Notes under the pieces: generated by a model
The model's input: the letters and a program-made list of their open reading frames with translations, nothing else
Database searches by the model: none
What the model was told of the DNA's origin: nothing
Program-made: the position numbers and the translations under genes
Shown: one piece after another, positions 50,791-60,647 of the stretch
How the letters are laid out: each line of letters begins with the position of its first letter
Numbering within the stretch: position 1 is the stretch's first letter
Assembly (NCBI RefSeq): GCF_988243305.1
Contig: NZ_OZ547136.1
Length of the DNA stretch: 64,000 nucleotides
Reading direction: 5' to 3' (one strand)

Positions 50791-51531
50791 TCAGAGAGTC
50801 GCTGCAACCTCATCAGAGATTTCACCGTTATGGTAAACTTCCTGCACGTCGTCGCAATCTTCCAGCATATCGATCAGACGCATCAGTTTCGGTGCGGTTT
50901 CTGCATCCATATCAGCTTTGGTGGACGGGATCATGGAAACTTCCGCGCTGTCTGCTTTCAGACCTGCCGCTTCCAGAGCGTCGCGCACTTTACCCATTTC
51001 TTCCCATGCAGTGTAGACGTCAATCGCGCCGTCATCATAGGTCACAACGTCTTCAGCACCTGCTTCCAGAGCTGCTTCCATGATGGTGTCTTCATCGCCT
51101 TTCTCGAAGGAGATCACGCCTTTTTTGCTGAACAGGTAGGCTACGGAACCATCGGTACCGAGGTTACCGCCACATTTGCTGAATGCATGACGCACTTCAG
51201 CAACGGTACGGTTGCGGTTGTCAGACAGACATTCAATCATGATTGCCGTGCCGCCAGGACCGTAACCTTCGTAGATGATGGTTTCCATGTTTGCATCATC
51301 ATCACCGCCCACACCACGTGCAATTGCGCGGTTCAGAGTGTCACGGGTCATGTTGTTAGACAATGCTTTATCAATTGCTGCACGCAGACGCGGGTTAGCG
51401 TCCGGGTCACCACCGCCCAGCTTAGCCGCGGTTACCAGCTCACGAATGATTTTAGTGAAGATTTTACCGCGCTTAGCATCCTGCGCAGCTTTACGATGTC
51501 TGGTGTTGGCCCATTTACTATGACCTGCCAT
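50791..51531 (-). CDS. yebC: YebC/PmpR-family transcriptional regulatory protein
   Basis: 246-aa ORF; synteny ruvC-yebC-nudB. Confidence 0.93.
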
Positions 51532-51559
51532 AAAAATATCTCCAGATAGCCCTGCCTGT

Positions 51560-52012
51560 TCAGGCAGCGTTAATTACAAACTGTTCAATCGCCTGCCGGT
51601 TGCTCCAGGACTTAGTGAGCGCCGCCGCAGCAGGCGCATCAAGCCACTTGTAGGCCAGATGTTCAGTGAAGACGACCTGGCGTTCGTGCGGGAGCGCAAG
51701 ACAGAACCATGATTCCGTATTACGCGTCACGCCCGGCGCATAGCGATGACGTAAATGTGAAAAAATTTCAAATTCTACCGTGCGCTGACAGTCAATTAAG
51801 GTCAGTTGTTCAGCGACAACATCGATGGTGACCTCTTCCTTTACTTCGCGCATGGCAGCTTGCGGCGCGGTTTCACCCTCTTCCACGCTGCCGGTTACCG
51901 ACTGCCAGAAATCGGGATCGTCACGCCGCTGCAACATCAGCACCCGTTTCGTATCTTGTGCATAGATGACCACTAAGATCGAAACGGGACGCTTATACAC
52001 TTTATCCTTCAC
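51560..52012 (-). CDS. nudB: Dihydroneopterin triphosphate pyrophosphatase (Nudix)
   Basis: Start at GTG giving [15 protein letters not shown]... (150 aa); Nudix box [21 protein letters not shown]. Confidence 0.92.
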
Positions 52013-52129
52013 GCTGCCTCTTCGTTGACTGCCTTCGCTCATCCCATTCACATAGTTATCTATGCTCATGGGAGTTCACTCAGTTGCCGCCTCGATGCAA
52101 CGCGAATGATTTCGTGTATTTGAGTCATA

Positions 52130-53902
52130 TCAGTTATTCTCTGCCTTCTTCACAACCTGAATGCTCAGCTCAGCCAGTGCAGTCGGGTTAGCAAAGCTCG
52201 GTGCTTCAGTCATCAGACACGCTGCCGCCGTGGTTTTCGGGAAGGCGATAACGTCACGGATATTGTCGGTGCCGGTCAGCAGCATGGTCAAACGGTCAAG
52301 ACCGAATGCCAGGCCTGCGTGCGGCGGAGTACCGTATTTCAGGGCGTCGAGCAGGAAGCCGAATTTCTCGCGCTGTTCCTCTTCGTTGATACCCAGAATA
52401 CCAAACACCGTCTGCTGCATATCACCATTATGGATACGCACAGAACCACCGCCCACTTCGTAACCATTGATGACCATATCGTAAGCGTTCGCCACCGCAT
52501 TTTCCGGTGCAGCTTTCAGTTCTGCTGCCGTCATGTCTTTTGGTGAGGTGAACGGATGGTGCATTGCCGTCAGGCCGCCTTCACCGTCGTCTTCAAACAT
52601 CGGGAAGTCGATAACCCACAGCGGTGCCCATTTGCTTTCGTCGGTCAGACCAAGGTCTTTACCCACTTTCAGGCGCAGTGCACCCATCGCGTCGGCAACA
52701 ATTTTCTTGTTGTCGGCACCGAAGAAAATCATATCGCCATCTTGCGCGGCAGTACGATCCAGAATGGCTTCGATGATTTCTGCATTAAGGAACTTCGCTA
52801 CCGGGCTGTTGATACCTTCCAGACCTTTCGCGCGCTCGTTAACTTTAATGTAAGCCAGACCTTTCGCGCCGTAGATTTTAACGAAGTTACCGTATTCGTC
52901 GATCTGTTTACGGGTCAGCGATGCGCCGCCCGGAACGCGCAGAGCCGCTACGCGACCTTTCGGATCGTTCGCCGGACCTGCAAATACTGCAAATTCAACG
53001 GATTTCAGCAGATCGGCAACGTCGGTCAGTTCCATCGGGTTACGCAGATCCGGTTTATCAGAGCCGTAACGGCGTTCGGCTTCCGCAAAGGTCATTACCG
53101 GGAAATCGCCCAGATCCACGCCCTTCACTTCCAGCCACAGATGACGCACCAGCGCTTCCATCACTTCACGCACTTGCGGCGCGGTCATGAAAGAAGTTTC
53201 CACATCGATCTGAGTAAATTCAGGCTGACGATCAGCGCGCAGGTCTTCGTCACGGAAGCATTTAACGATCTGATAGTAACGGTCAAAACCGGACATCATC
53301 AGCAGCTGTTTGAACAACTGTGGGGATTGCGGCAGTGCGTAGAATTTACCTTTGTGCACACGAGAAGGCACCAGGTAGTCACGCGCGCCTTCCGGCGTGG
53401 CTTTGGTCAGCATCGGAGTTTCGATGTCGAGGAAGCCGTGGTCATCCATAAAACGGCGCACCAGGCTGGTGATTTTAGCGCGGGTTTTCAGGCGCTGAGC
53501 CATTTCCGGGCGACGCAGGTCGAGGTAGCGGTATTTCAGACGCGCTTCTTCGGTGTTGACGTGGTTAGAGTCAAGCGGCAGAACATCTGCGCGGTTGATG
53601 ATAGTCAGCGAGGACGCCAGCACTTCAATTTCGCCGGTCGCCATATCGCGGTTAATATTTTTTTCGTCACGCGCACGTACGGTGCCCGTGACCTGAATGC
53701 AGAACTCATTACGCAGTTCAGAGGCCAGCTTTAACGCGTCCGCACGATCCGGATCGAAAAATACCTGCACGATACCTTCGCGGTCGCGCATATCGATGAA
53801 GATCAGGCTACCAAGATCACGACGACGGTTGACCCAACCACACAGAGTCACCTGCTGCCCCACGTGGGACAAACGGAGCTGTCCACAATATTCTGTACGC
53901 AT
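52130..53902 (-). CDS. aspS: Aspartate--tRNA ligase
   Basis: 590-aa class II aminoacyl-tRNA synthetase. Confidence 0.97.
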
Positions 53903-54211
53903 GAGATATCCCTTAACTTAGCTGCCGGCGGATGCCCCCTGCTGCGCAGGTGACCAAGTCGCAGCGTTAGCTGTATGTCACAACTGAATGAAAAAAGGCG
54001 GCTATTATACTGGAAATTCTGCCGCACCGTAAGAGCCTGGCCCGCGCTGGAACACCTCGTTACCACTTTATATCGGGCCTGAAATCAGACTCTACGCCAG
54101 TTTGCTATAAAGGTGTTGCCCGAACTCATAAAAATTAACAAAATTTGTCGTTCCGCCATCGGCTAATCGCATTAAGGTGAGAGGCACTATTTTGTTTTGT
54201 CAGGAGTCATC

Positions 54212-54778
54212 ATGCTTGAACTTAATGCTAAAACCACTGCGCTGGTGGTGATTGATTTACAAGAAGGCATCTTACCTTTTGCCGGAGGTCCACATACTGC
54301 CGATGAGGTGGTTAATCGCGCCGGGAAGCTGGCGGCGAAATTTCGCGCGAGCGGTCAGCCCGTGTTTCTGGTGCGCGTTGGCTGGTCTGCCGATTATGCC
54401 GAAGCATTAAAACAGCTGGTTGATGTCCCCTCCCCCGCGAAAGTGTTACCCGAAAACTGGTGGCAACATCCTGCTGCATTAGGTGCAACCGACAGCGATA
54501 TCGAAATCATCAAACGTCAATGGGGTGCGTTTTACGGTACGGATCTGGAGTTGCAACTGCGCCGCCGGGGTATCGATACAATAGTATTATGTGGGATCTC
54601 GACCAATATCGGTGTTGAATCCACCGCCCGCAATGCCTGGGAACTCGGTTTTAATCTGGTGATTGCCGAAGACGCCTGCAGCGCCGCCAGCGCCGAGCAG
54701 CACAATAACAGCATCAACCATATCTACCCACGCATCGCCCGTGTGCGCAGTGTGGAAGAGATCCTCAACGCATTATGA
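54212..54778 (+). CDS. yecD: Isochorismatase-family hydrolase YecD
   Basis: Start at [20 protein letters not shown]... (188 aa). Confidence 0.93.
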   Translation: MLELNAKTTALVVIDLQEGILPFAGGPHTADEVVNRAGKLAAKFRASGQPVFLVRVGWSADYAEALKQLVDVPSPAKVLPENWWQHPAALGATDSDIEIIKRQWGAFYGTDLELQLRRRGIDTIVLCGISTNIGVESTARNAWELGFNLVIAEDACSAASAEQHNNSINHIYPRIARVRSVEEILNAL

Positions 54779-54885
54779 TTTACATCGGTCTGCCGCAATG
54801 GTCGCATCCTAAATGGGTGCGGTTGGGGATCACCAGCCTTGAAGAGTATGCCCGCCACTTTAACTGCGTGATACGGAATTTTTAA
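54775..54885 (+). pseudogene. yecE: 5' fragment of yecE, interrupted by prophage integration
   Basis: ATG overlaps the yecD stop (ATGA) and encodes [32 protein letters not shown], matching recalled YecE for about 32 codons; the frame then diverges and stops after 4 codons (IRNF*). Confidence 0.8.
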
Positions 54886-54997
54886 AAATCACTAAAGAAC
54901 GCCCAAGAGCATGTTTTTTATTTAGAAGAATCAAAGCGTTGTATTTCCATGTCATATAAAAATCGGCAAAGTTCATATGTAACAAAGTGTCCCAATC

Positions 54998-55046
54998 ATG
55001 CCCCAAAATGCCCCACAACAAATATTTTTGCCCCATGCATGCCCCA
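54998..55046 (+). repeat. Four direct repeats of (A)TGCCCCA in the prophage arm
   Basis: atgcccca at 54998, 55008, 55039 and tgcccca at 55029. Confidence 0.6.
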
Positions 55047-55067
55047 AAAAATCACTTTCCTTCACCC

Positions 55068-55119
55068 TTGACACTGTTTATCCATACAGTTAAAAATGAT
55101 ACTGTATACAAACACAGTG
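55068..55119 (+). promoter_or_regulatory. Promoter with two tandem LexA boxes upstream of the dinI-like gene
   Basis: TTGACA at 55068-55073; CTGT-N8-ACAG boxes at 55072-55091 (cactgtttatccatacagtt) and 55100-55119 (tactgtatacaaacacagtg); RBS agaggg before the ATG. Confidence 0.75.
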
Positions 55120-55132
55120 TAGAGGGACTTTT

Positions 55133-55381
55133 ATGCGTATTGAAATCTGCATAGCCAAAGAAAAAATGACTAAAATGCCAACCGGTGCTGTGGATGCGTT
55201 AAAGGAAGAATTAACTCGGCGCATCAGTAAGCGTTATGACGATGTAGAAGTGATCGTAAAAGCCACCAGCAATGATGGGCTTTCTGTTACACGCACAGCA
55301 GATAAGGATTCTGCAAAAACATTTGTTCAGGAGACTCTGAAAGATACCTGGGAGTCTGCTGACGAGTGGTTTGTTCACTAA
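55133..55381 (+). CDS. DinI-family DNA-damage-inducible protein (prophage-encoded)
   Basis: 82-aa [12 protein letters not shown]...[11 protein letters not shown] resembling E. coli DinI (MRIEVTIAK...TWESADDWFV). Confidence 0.85.
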   Translation: MRIEICIAKEKMTKMPTGAVDALKEELTRRISKRYDDVEVIVKATSNDGLSVTRTADKDSAKTFVQETLKDTWESADEWFVH

Positions 55382-55449
55382 TAAACACGTAAAATCGGTA
55401 ACGGCTGGAAATCATTCAATACTCGCACTATCGAAAGTTCACCAGCCAA

Positions 55450-55495
55450 CCGCAGCACGTCCTGCATACGTCGTGTCTGCGGTTTTTCTTTTTCG
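55450..55495 (+). terminator. Hairpin and T-run downstream of the dinI-like gene
   Basis: ccgcagcacgtcctgcatacgtcgtgtctgcgg followed by tttttctttttcg. Confidence 0.55.
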
Positions 55496-55496
55496 C

Positions 55497-55766
55497 TTAC
55501 ATTGTGTCTGGTTCTTCCGGCCACTCAATATCAGGTGCAGTTGATGTATCAACACGGTTCAGCAACACCCGATATTTATTCCATGCCTCCAGCAACGATC
55601 TTTCTTCCTCCGTTGCGATTTCCAGATCTACAGCATCCTGCAGTGGCGCAATATACTCACTGAATTCCTGGATGTAGAACTGTGTGGTGACGGTCTTCCA
55701 GCCATTCGGCTCCTGCTGTATCGAAGCATACCAGGCTATTTCAATATCGCTATGCTGCGGCAGCAT
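55497..55766 (-). pseudogene. Tail fiber assembly protein remnant (C-terminal Tfa domain with unrelated N-terminus)
   Basis: C-terminal about 50 aa ([45 protein letters not shown]) near-identical to the full tfa at 56546-57130; about 150 bp of DNA is a direct repeat of the tfa 3' end. Confidence 0.7.
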
Positions 55767-55822
55767 TTAACCCCTTGTAATTCATCGCCATAATTGATTT
55801 AATTCACAAATAAAACTATAAC

Positions 55823-56491
55823 ATGGTGAAATCAATGAAAAAAAACACAGATGATGGGGCTAAAATTTACACACCACTTACCCTAAAGCTTTATGACTGG
55901 TGGGTTTTGGGAGTATCAAATCGGCTTGCATGGGGATGTCCTACAAAGGAACACCTTCTTCCACACTTTCTGGAACATTTAGGTAACAACCATCTGGATA
56001 TTGGTGTTGGAACTGGGTTTTATCTTACTCACGTACCTGAGAGTAGTCTGATATCTTTAATGGATTTGAACGAAGCTAGCCTGAACGCGGCATCTACAAG
56101 GGCTGGGGAATCAAAAATTAAACATAAAATTAGCCATGATGTTTTTGAACCTTATCCCGCGGCGTTACATGGTCAATTTGATTCCATTTCCATGTTTTAC
56201 CTTCTTCACTGCCTGCCTGGAAATATATCTACAAAAAGCTGTGTAATACGCAATGCGGCGCAGGCCTTAACTGACGATGGAACTCTATACGGAGCCACAA
56301 TTCTTGGCGATGGAGTTGTGCACAATAGCTTCGGTCAAAAACTGATGCGCATTTACAATCAGAAAGGCATCTTTTCAAACACAAAAGATTCCGAAGAAGG
56401 CTTAACACATATACTCTCAGAGCATTTCGAGAATGTTAAAACCAAGGTTCAAGGTACTGTAGTAATGTTTTCCGCTTCAGGGAAAAAATAG
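55823..56491 (+). CDS. Class I SAM-dependent methyltransferase of unknown specificity (prophage moron); start may be the ATG at 55835
   Basis: 222-aa ORF with Rossmann motif I (LDIGVGTGFY), acidic post-I residue (LMDLNE) and motif II-like FDSISMFYLLHCLP; no DNA-methyltransferase motifs (DPPY or PC dipeptide); local composition visibly AT-rich. Confidence 0.8.
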   Translation: MVKSMKKNTDDGAKIYTPLTLKLYDWWVLGVSNRLAWGCPTKEHLLPHFLEHLGNNHLDIGVGTGFYLTHVPESSLISLMDLNEASLNAASTRAGESKIKHKISHDVFEPYPAALHGQFDSISMFYLLHCLPGNISTKSCVIRNAAQALTDDGTLYGATILGDGVVHNSFGQKLMRIYNQKGIFSNTKDSEEGLTHILSEHFENVKTKVQGTVVMFSASGKK

Positions 56492-56499
56492 CATCCAAC

Positions 56500-56535
56500 C
56501 GCAGCACGTTCTTGCTTAAGACGTGCTGCGGCATA
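56500..56535 (-). terminator. Hairpin terminator downstream of tfa
   Basis: Perfect 11-bp stem ccgcagcacgt / acgtgctgcgg with a T-run on the minus strand. Confidence 0.6.
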
Positions 56536-56545
56536 ATCCCAATGA

Positions 56546-57130
56546 TTACTCACTGACAGGGTTCGTAGGCCACTCAATATCAGGTGCAGTTGATGTATCA
56601 ACACGGTTCAGCAACACCCGATACTTCTTCCAGGCTTCCAGCAACGAGTTTTCTTCCTCCGTTGCGATTTCCAGATCTGCAGCATCCTGAAGCGGCGCAA
56701 TATGCTCACTGGCTACCTGCATCAGGTTGTTTTTTGTTTCTTCCGCCTCCCGGATCCGGAACAGTTTTTCTGCTTCCGTATCCTTCACCCAGGCTGTGCC
56801 GTTCCACTTCTGAAACTCCCCTTCCGGCGATAACCAGGTAACATTTTCCGGTAACGGACCGAGTTCAGAAATAAATAACGCGTCGCCGGAAGCCACGTCA
56901 TAAACCGTTTTACCCCGATGGTCTTCAAAGAGATGCCACGATGACTCATCACTGTTGAAAACAGCCACGAAGCCAGCAGGAATATCTGGTGGTGCAATAT
57001 CGGTACTGTTTGCTGGCAGACCTGTATGAGGCGGAATATATGCGTCACCTTCACCAATAAATTCATTAGTTCCGGCCAGCAGATTATAAATTTTTATGGT
57101 CCGTGGTTGTTCACTCATTCTGAATGCCAT
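56546..57130 (-). CDS. tfa: Tail fiber assembly protein Tfa
   Basis: 194-aa ORF overlapping the stf stop by 1 nt; matches lambdoid Tfa. Confidence 0.92.
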   Translation of the reverse strand: MAFRMSEQPRTIKIYNLLAGTNEFIGEGDAYIPPHTGLPANSTDIAPPDIPAGFVAVFNSDESSWHLFEDHRGKTVYDVASGDALFISELGPLPENVTWLSPEGEFQKWNGTAWVKDTEAEKLFRIREAEETKNNLMQVASEHIAPLQDAADLEIATEEENSLLEAWKKYRVLLNRVDTSTAPDIEWPTNPVSE

Positions 57131-59826
57131 TATGCAAGCCTCACAATGTAGTTAAATGCGATGTTTTTGACGGTGTTTTCCGCGTTACCCGCAGCGTTAA
57201 CGGTGATGGTATGTCCATGTGAACCAATCGCAACGGAGTGCGTATGAGCACCAATACCGACAGTATGCGCGTGTGCACCTGCAGATGCTGCTGTGCCGGA
57301 CAGTGAGTGGCTATGATTACCATCTGTACTGGTATTCGCTAACCACCCCGTAGACATACCTACTGAGCCTTGTACACCCCAGGTATTTTGACCTGAGCTT
57401 GTATAACCATATTGATAAGTATCTTTAAAAACACTGGGGTTAAATCGACGGCCATCTCTATGGCTGTGATTACCAGCTGCATTCGTGCTGCCACTTAAAC
57501 TATGGGTATGCGCACCAGTGTTATTCGTGGATTTAGTGCCGTAATCAAACGACGATGTGGTTTTCGTCCCCAAATCCGTACTGGATGCGCTGGCGCTGTG
57601 GGTGTGCGATTTAATGCCGTCCCGTTCCTGAGACAATACGGCACGACCACTGGCAGGTTTGCCCTTAATCGTCCAGCCACGCATATCAGGGATCACGCCT
57701 GACGGATAAGCGGCTGCAAGTTCCGGGTAGGCAGATTTGTCAAAAGTCTGCCCCTGCATCAGGGCATAACCAGACGGAACGGTATCCGATGGCCACGGGA
57801 TTGGTGCGCCAGGCGGATAAAACTGCTCTGATGGCGTATAGAGTGAATAAACTGTACCGTCCGTTAACCCTTCCGGCTTATTAGCAGAATATGCTGGTGA
57901 CGTATGAATCGTCACGCTGGCATTACTGGTATAATCCCATTGAATATTTACACCAGTCGCATAATTTCCGATTGCAACGTAAATATCGTAAGTATCACCA
58001 GATGTATTGACCCAGGCAAAATTTGTAAACCCTGTCGATGTGCGCTGCCATAAAGCACCAGTAATCCCCTTCGGATTACCATTACCTGCACGCAAAACAA
58101 GTTCAGATATACCTGCCTGTTGAGGTGAACCGACGTTAAATCCAGCGCCACCAATCAACGTAATTGAAACAACAGAACTCGCCTGTGGCATGGTTACCGT
58201 TGCTAATTTGAACCAACCAGCACCACCGCTGAATGACATTGTTGTTGAGTTAAGCGTACCAATATCTTTCGGCGTCAGTGTTATATCCTCCGAAAGCGCC
58301 TTACCATTCACCTTACGGTCAGAAGGTACCCGATCATTCGCATTGTCATTCGCTGCTTTAACTGCCTTCGGTGTCGCGGCAAGCGTTTCAGACGTACTGT
58401 TTGTCGCACTGCTGAGCTGTACTATCCCCTTTTTCGTCGTGCTCGCATCCTCAAGCGCCACGGCGGATGCAATATCCTCTGCCCGTTTTGCCGCTGTCTC
58501 AGCGCGCGTTGCTGCGGATTCTGCCGTACTTTTGCTCTGTGCTGCCGCTGTCGCACTGCCAGCAGCCTCTGTCGCCTTTGTGGATGCCGTCGTGGCGCTG
58601 CTCTTCGCTGCTGACGCCTGTCTGGTCGCCTCATCTTTTGAAGCAGACGCCGATGATGCCGATGACGCCGCCGAACTGGCGGACGATGCCGCTGCCGTTT
58701 TTGAGGATTCTGCGCTGGTTTCCGACGCTTTCGCGTTCGTTTCGGATGTCTTCGCTGAGGAAGCAGACCTCGCTGCTGCGCTGGCCTGTTCAGTGGCTTC
58801 GCCAGTCTTCGTTGTGGCTGTTGAAGCGGATGATGCGGCGCTTTCTGCCGATTTTCCGGCGGCGGTGGCACTGACTGAGGCCTGCCCGGCACTTGTTGAT
58901 GCGGCACTGGCGGACGACGCAGCCGCTGTTTTTGAATCTGCCGCAGCTGAGGCACTCTGTCCCGCTGCCGTTTCAGAAGACCTGGCGTTCGTCTCGGACG
59001 TTTTGGCCGCCTTCGCAGAATTTGCTGTCGCCGTTGCCGAGGAAGCTGCGCTGCTGGCGCTCGAGGCTGCGCTCGTTTCTGATGATTTTGCCGCCTCTTT
59101 TGAAGCCGACGCATCCCGGGCTGAGGTGGCAGCTTCTGACGCTTTCGTGGTCGCGGTGGATGCAGAAGTGGCTGCTGATTGTTGTGACGCTGCGGCATTC
59201 GTTTCTGACGTTTTCGCCGCAGCGGCACTGGTGGCCGCCGCGCTTTTTGAGGACTCTGCAGCGGCAGCACTTTTTTCCGCTTCAGTGGCCTTTGTTGATG
59301 CCGTTTCTGCGCTGGAAGACGCTGACTGAGCCGACGACGCGGCCTGTCCGGCTGACATGCTGGCTGCGCGTGCTGAGCCTGCAGCATCAGTCGCATGGGT
59401 TGCCGCCTCACGGGCTGATGTGCTGGCATCGCCGGCTGACTTCTTCGCGGCTGCCGTGTTCTGTGCCACTGCGGACGCGTTACGCTCCACCTCTTCCACC
59501 ATCACTTCAAAACGGCGCAGTGCCTCCGGTCGGACATCATCCTCCGTCATGGCACCGAGAAAATCATTCAGCGTACCTGGTCTGGAACCTTCATAGACGG
59601 TAATGGTCCCGGCATGTGAAGGCGGAAAACCTTCAACCAGCAGGGTGACGCTGTACTGACCATGCTCAACATCCATGCTGTAACGTCCGGCTTCATCCGG
59701 ATTTTCAGAGGCCACCGTGTTCACCACCACCGTGCTGCTGGTTCGTCTGGCCTTCAGCACAATGGTGCAGTTCTGTACTGGTTTTCCTGTGCCATCTTTA
59801 AGCACGCCAGAAATTTTTACTGTCAT
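57130..59826 (-). CDS. stf: Side tail fiber protein Stf
   Basis: 898-aa ORF with conserved N-terminus ([17 protein letters not shown]...), long Ser/Ala/Thr-rich repeat region, and C-terminal HxH-repeat region (HTHS, GAHTHS, GNHSHS, GSHGHT). Confidence 0.93.
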   Translation of the reverse strand: MTVKISGVLKDGTGKPVQNCTIVLKARRTSSTVVVNTVASENPDEAGRYSMDVEHGQYSVTLLVEGFPPSHAGTITVYEGSRPGTLNDFLGAMTEDDVRPEALRRFEVMVEEVERNASAVAQNTAAAKKSAGDASTSAREAATHATDAAGSARAASMSAGQAASSAQSASSSAETASTKATEAEKSAAAAESSKSAAATSAAAAKTSETNAAASQQSAATSASTATTKASEAATSARDASASKEAAKSSETSAASSASSAASSATATANSAKAAKTSETNARSSETAAGQSASAAADSKTAAASSASAASTSAGQASVSATAAGKSAESAASSASTATTKTGEATEQASAAARSASSAKTSETNAKASETSAESSKTAAASSASSAASSASSASASKDEATRQASAAKSSATTASTKATEAAGSATAAAQSKSTAESAATRAETAAKRAEDIASAVALEDASTTKKGIVQLSSATNSTSETLAATPKAVKAANDNANDRVPSDRKVNGKALSEDITLTPKDIGTLNSTTMSFSGGAGWFKLATVTMPQASSVVSITLIGGAGFNVGSPQQAGISELVLRAGNGNPKGITGALWQRTSTGFTNFAWVNTSGDTYDIYVAIGNYATGVNIQWDYTSNASVTIHTSPAYSANKPEGLTDGTVYSLYTPSEQFYPPGAPIPWPSDTVPSGYALMQGQTFDKSAYPELAAAYPSGVIPDMRGWTIKGKPASGRAVLSQERDGIKSHTHSASASSTDLGTKTTSSFDYGTKSTNNTGAHTHSLSGSTNAAGNHSHRDGRRFNPSVFKDTYQYGYTSSGQNTWGVQGSVGMSTGWLANTSTDGNHSHSLSGTAASAGAHAHTVGIGAHTHSVAIGSHGHTITVNAAGNAENTVKNIAFNYIVRLA

Positions 59827-59837
59827 ACTTTTCCACC

Positions 59838-59875
59838 AATAAAAAAAGCCCGCAGCAGTGACGCCACGGGCTTCA
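59838..59875 (-). terminator. Hairpin and T-run between lom and stf
   Basis: Minus strand reads agcccgtggcgtcactgctgcgggc followed by ttttttt. Confidence 0.5.
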
Positions 59876-59977
59876 GGACAGTGTAACTTTACGTTTCCTC
59901 AAACGCAGTTCACCCCATAAGGTGGATGAACCTGCGTATCATAACAATATTTACAGAAGATAAATCGGCGTCTGTTG

Positions 59978-60577
59978 TCAGAAACGGTATCCGATACCAA
60001 CAATAAATGCATCCGTTCGCCAGTCGCCACTACCGGAACCTTCATAAGCAAGGTCAATGGTCACGGATTCGGTCGGGTTAAACTGCACGCCAGCCCCCCA
60101 CGCCAGAGACGTGTTGCTGTGGCGACCGTCATCACTTCCGGTCAGCACATCGTGCGTTTTCCCCTTGTTGTCAGTTACGCGGAGATAATCCCCGGAGAAA
60201 GTCGACACACGGCTGTAAGACACACCCGCCATCGCATACGCGCTGAACCATTCATTCACGCGCACAGACGGCCCCGCCATTACGCTGAACCAGCGGTTAC
60301 GAACGGAATCTTCATGCCAGCGGGTATCGCTGTAACGGGTCAGCTGGCGATTCTTGTCTCCTGCATAGCTGAATGACGTCACCAGCCCCAGTGTGTCCGT
60401 AAACTCATAACGGTATTTCACGTTAATCCCGTTCAGATCATCACTGCCGGGGACGTTCGTCGAGGCATGAAGATACCCCGCGCTCAGCGTGGACTGATGT
60501 TCAGACGCCCATGCAGGCGCACCGGATACGGCCAGACAAATGGCTGCGGACAAAATTGCTGCACAAACTTTACGCAT
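59978..60577 (-). CDS. lom: Outer membrane protein Lom (Ail/PagC/OmpX family)
   Basis: 199-aa ORF with signal peptide and beta-barrel ending in the aromatic residue typical of outer membrane proteins (GIGYRF); position between J and stf as in lambda. Confidence 0.92.
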   Translation of the reverse strand: MRKVCAAILSAAICLAVSGAPAWASEHQSTLSAGYLHASTNVPGSDDLNGINVKYRYEFTDTLGLVTSFSYAGDKNRQLTRYSDTRWHEDSVRNRWFSVMAGPSVRVNEWFSAYAMAGVSYSRVSTFSGDYLRVTDNKGKTHDVLTGSDDGRHSNTSLAWGAGVQFNPTESVTIDLAYEGSGSGDWRTDAFIVGIGYRF

Positions 60578-60599
60578 AATTACCTCTCGCTTTTCTGCA

Positions 60600-60635
60600 A
60601 TAAAAAAGGCGTCACTCCTGACGCCCTTTATTGGG
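60600..60635 (-). terminator. Hairpin and T-run between J and lom
   Basis: Minus strand reads aaagggcgtcaggagtgacgcc followed by ttttttatt. Confidence 0.5.
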
Positions 60636-60647
60636 GTTATAAATATT

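Noticed and set aside
50830-51549. 239-aa ORF on the plus strand
   Set aside because: Antisense to yebC, whose frame is well supported by synteny and sequence.
52556-53734. 392-aa ORF on the plus strand
   Set aside because: Antisense to aspS; a long open antisense frame is common in GC-balanced, highly expressed genes; no start context.
55440-56720. Possibility that the duplicated tfa segments form an invertible tail-fiber host-range switch (Pin/Gin/Cin type)
   Set aside because: The repeats are in direct, not inverted, orientation and no site-specific invertase gene is adjacent; recombination between them would delete rather than invert.
58190-59429. Long ORFs of 379 aa (plus strand) and 335 aa (minus strand, alternate frame), Ala- or Arg/Pro/Gln-rich, overlapping the stf repeat region
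   Set aside because: They lie entirely within the Ser/Ala/Thr repeat region of stf; low-complexity translations with no start context are what alternate frames of such repeats produce. The stf frame is the only one continuous with the conserved N- and C-terminal fiber domains.
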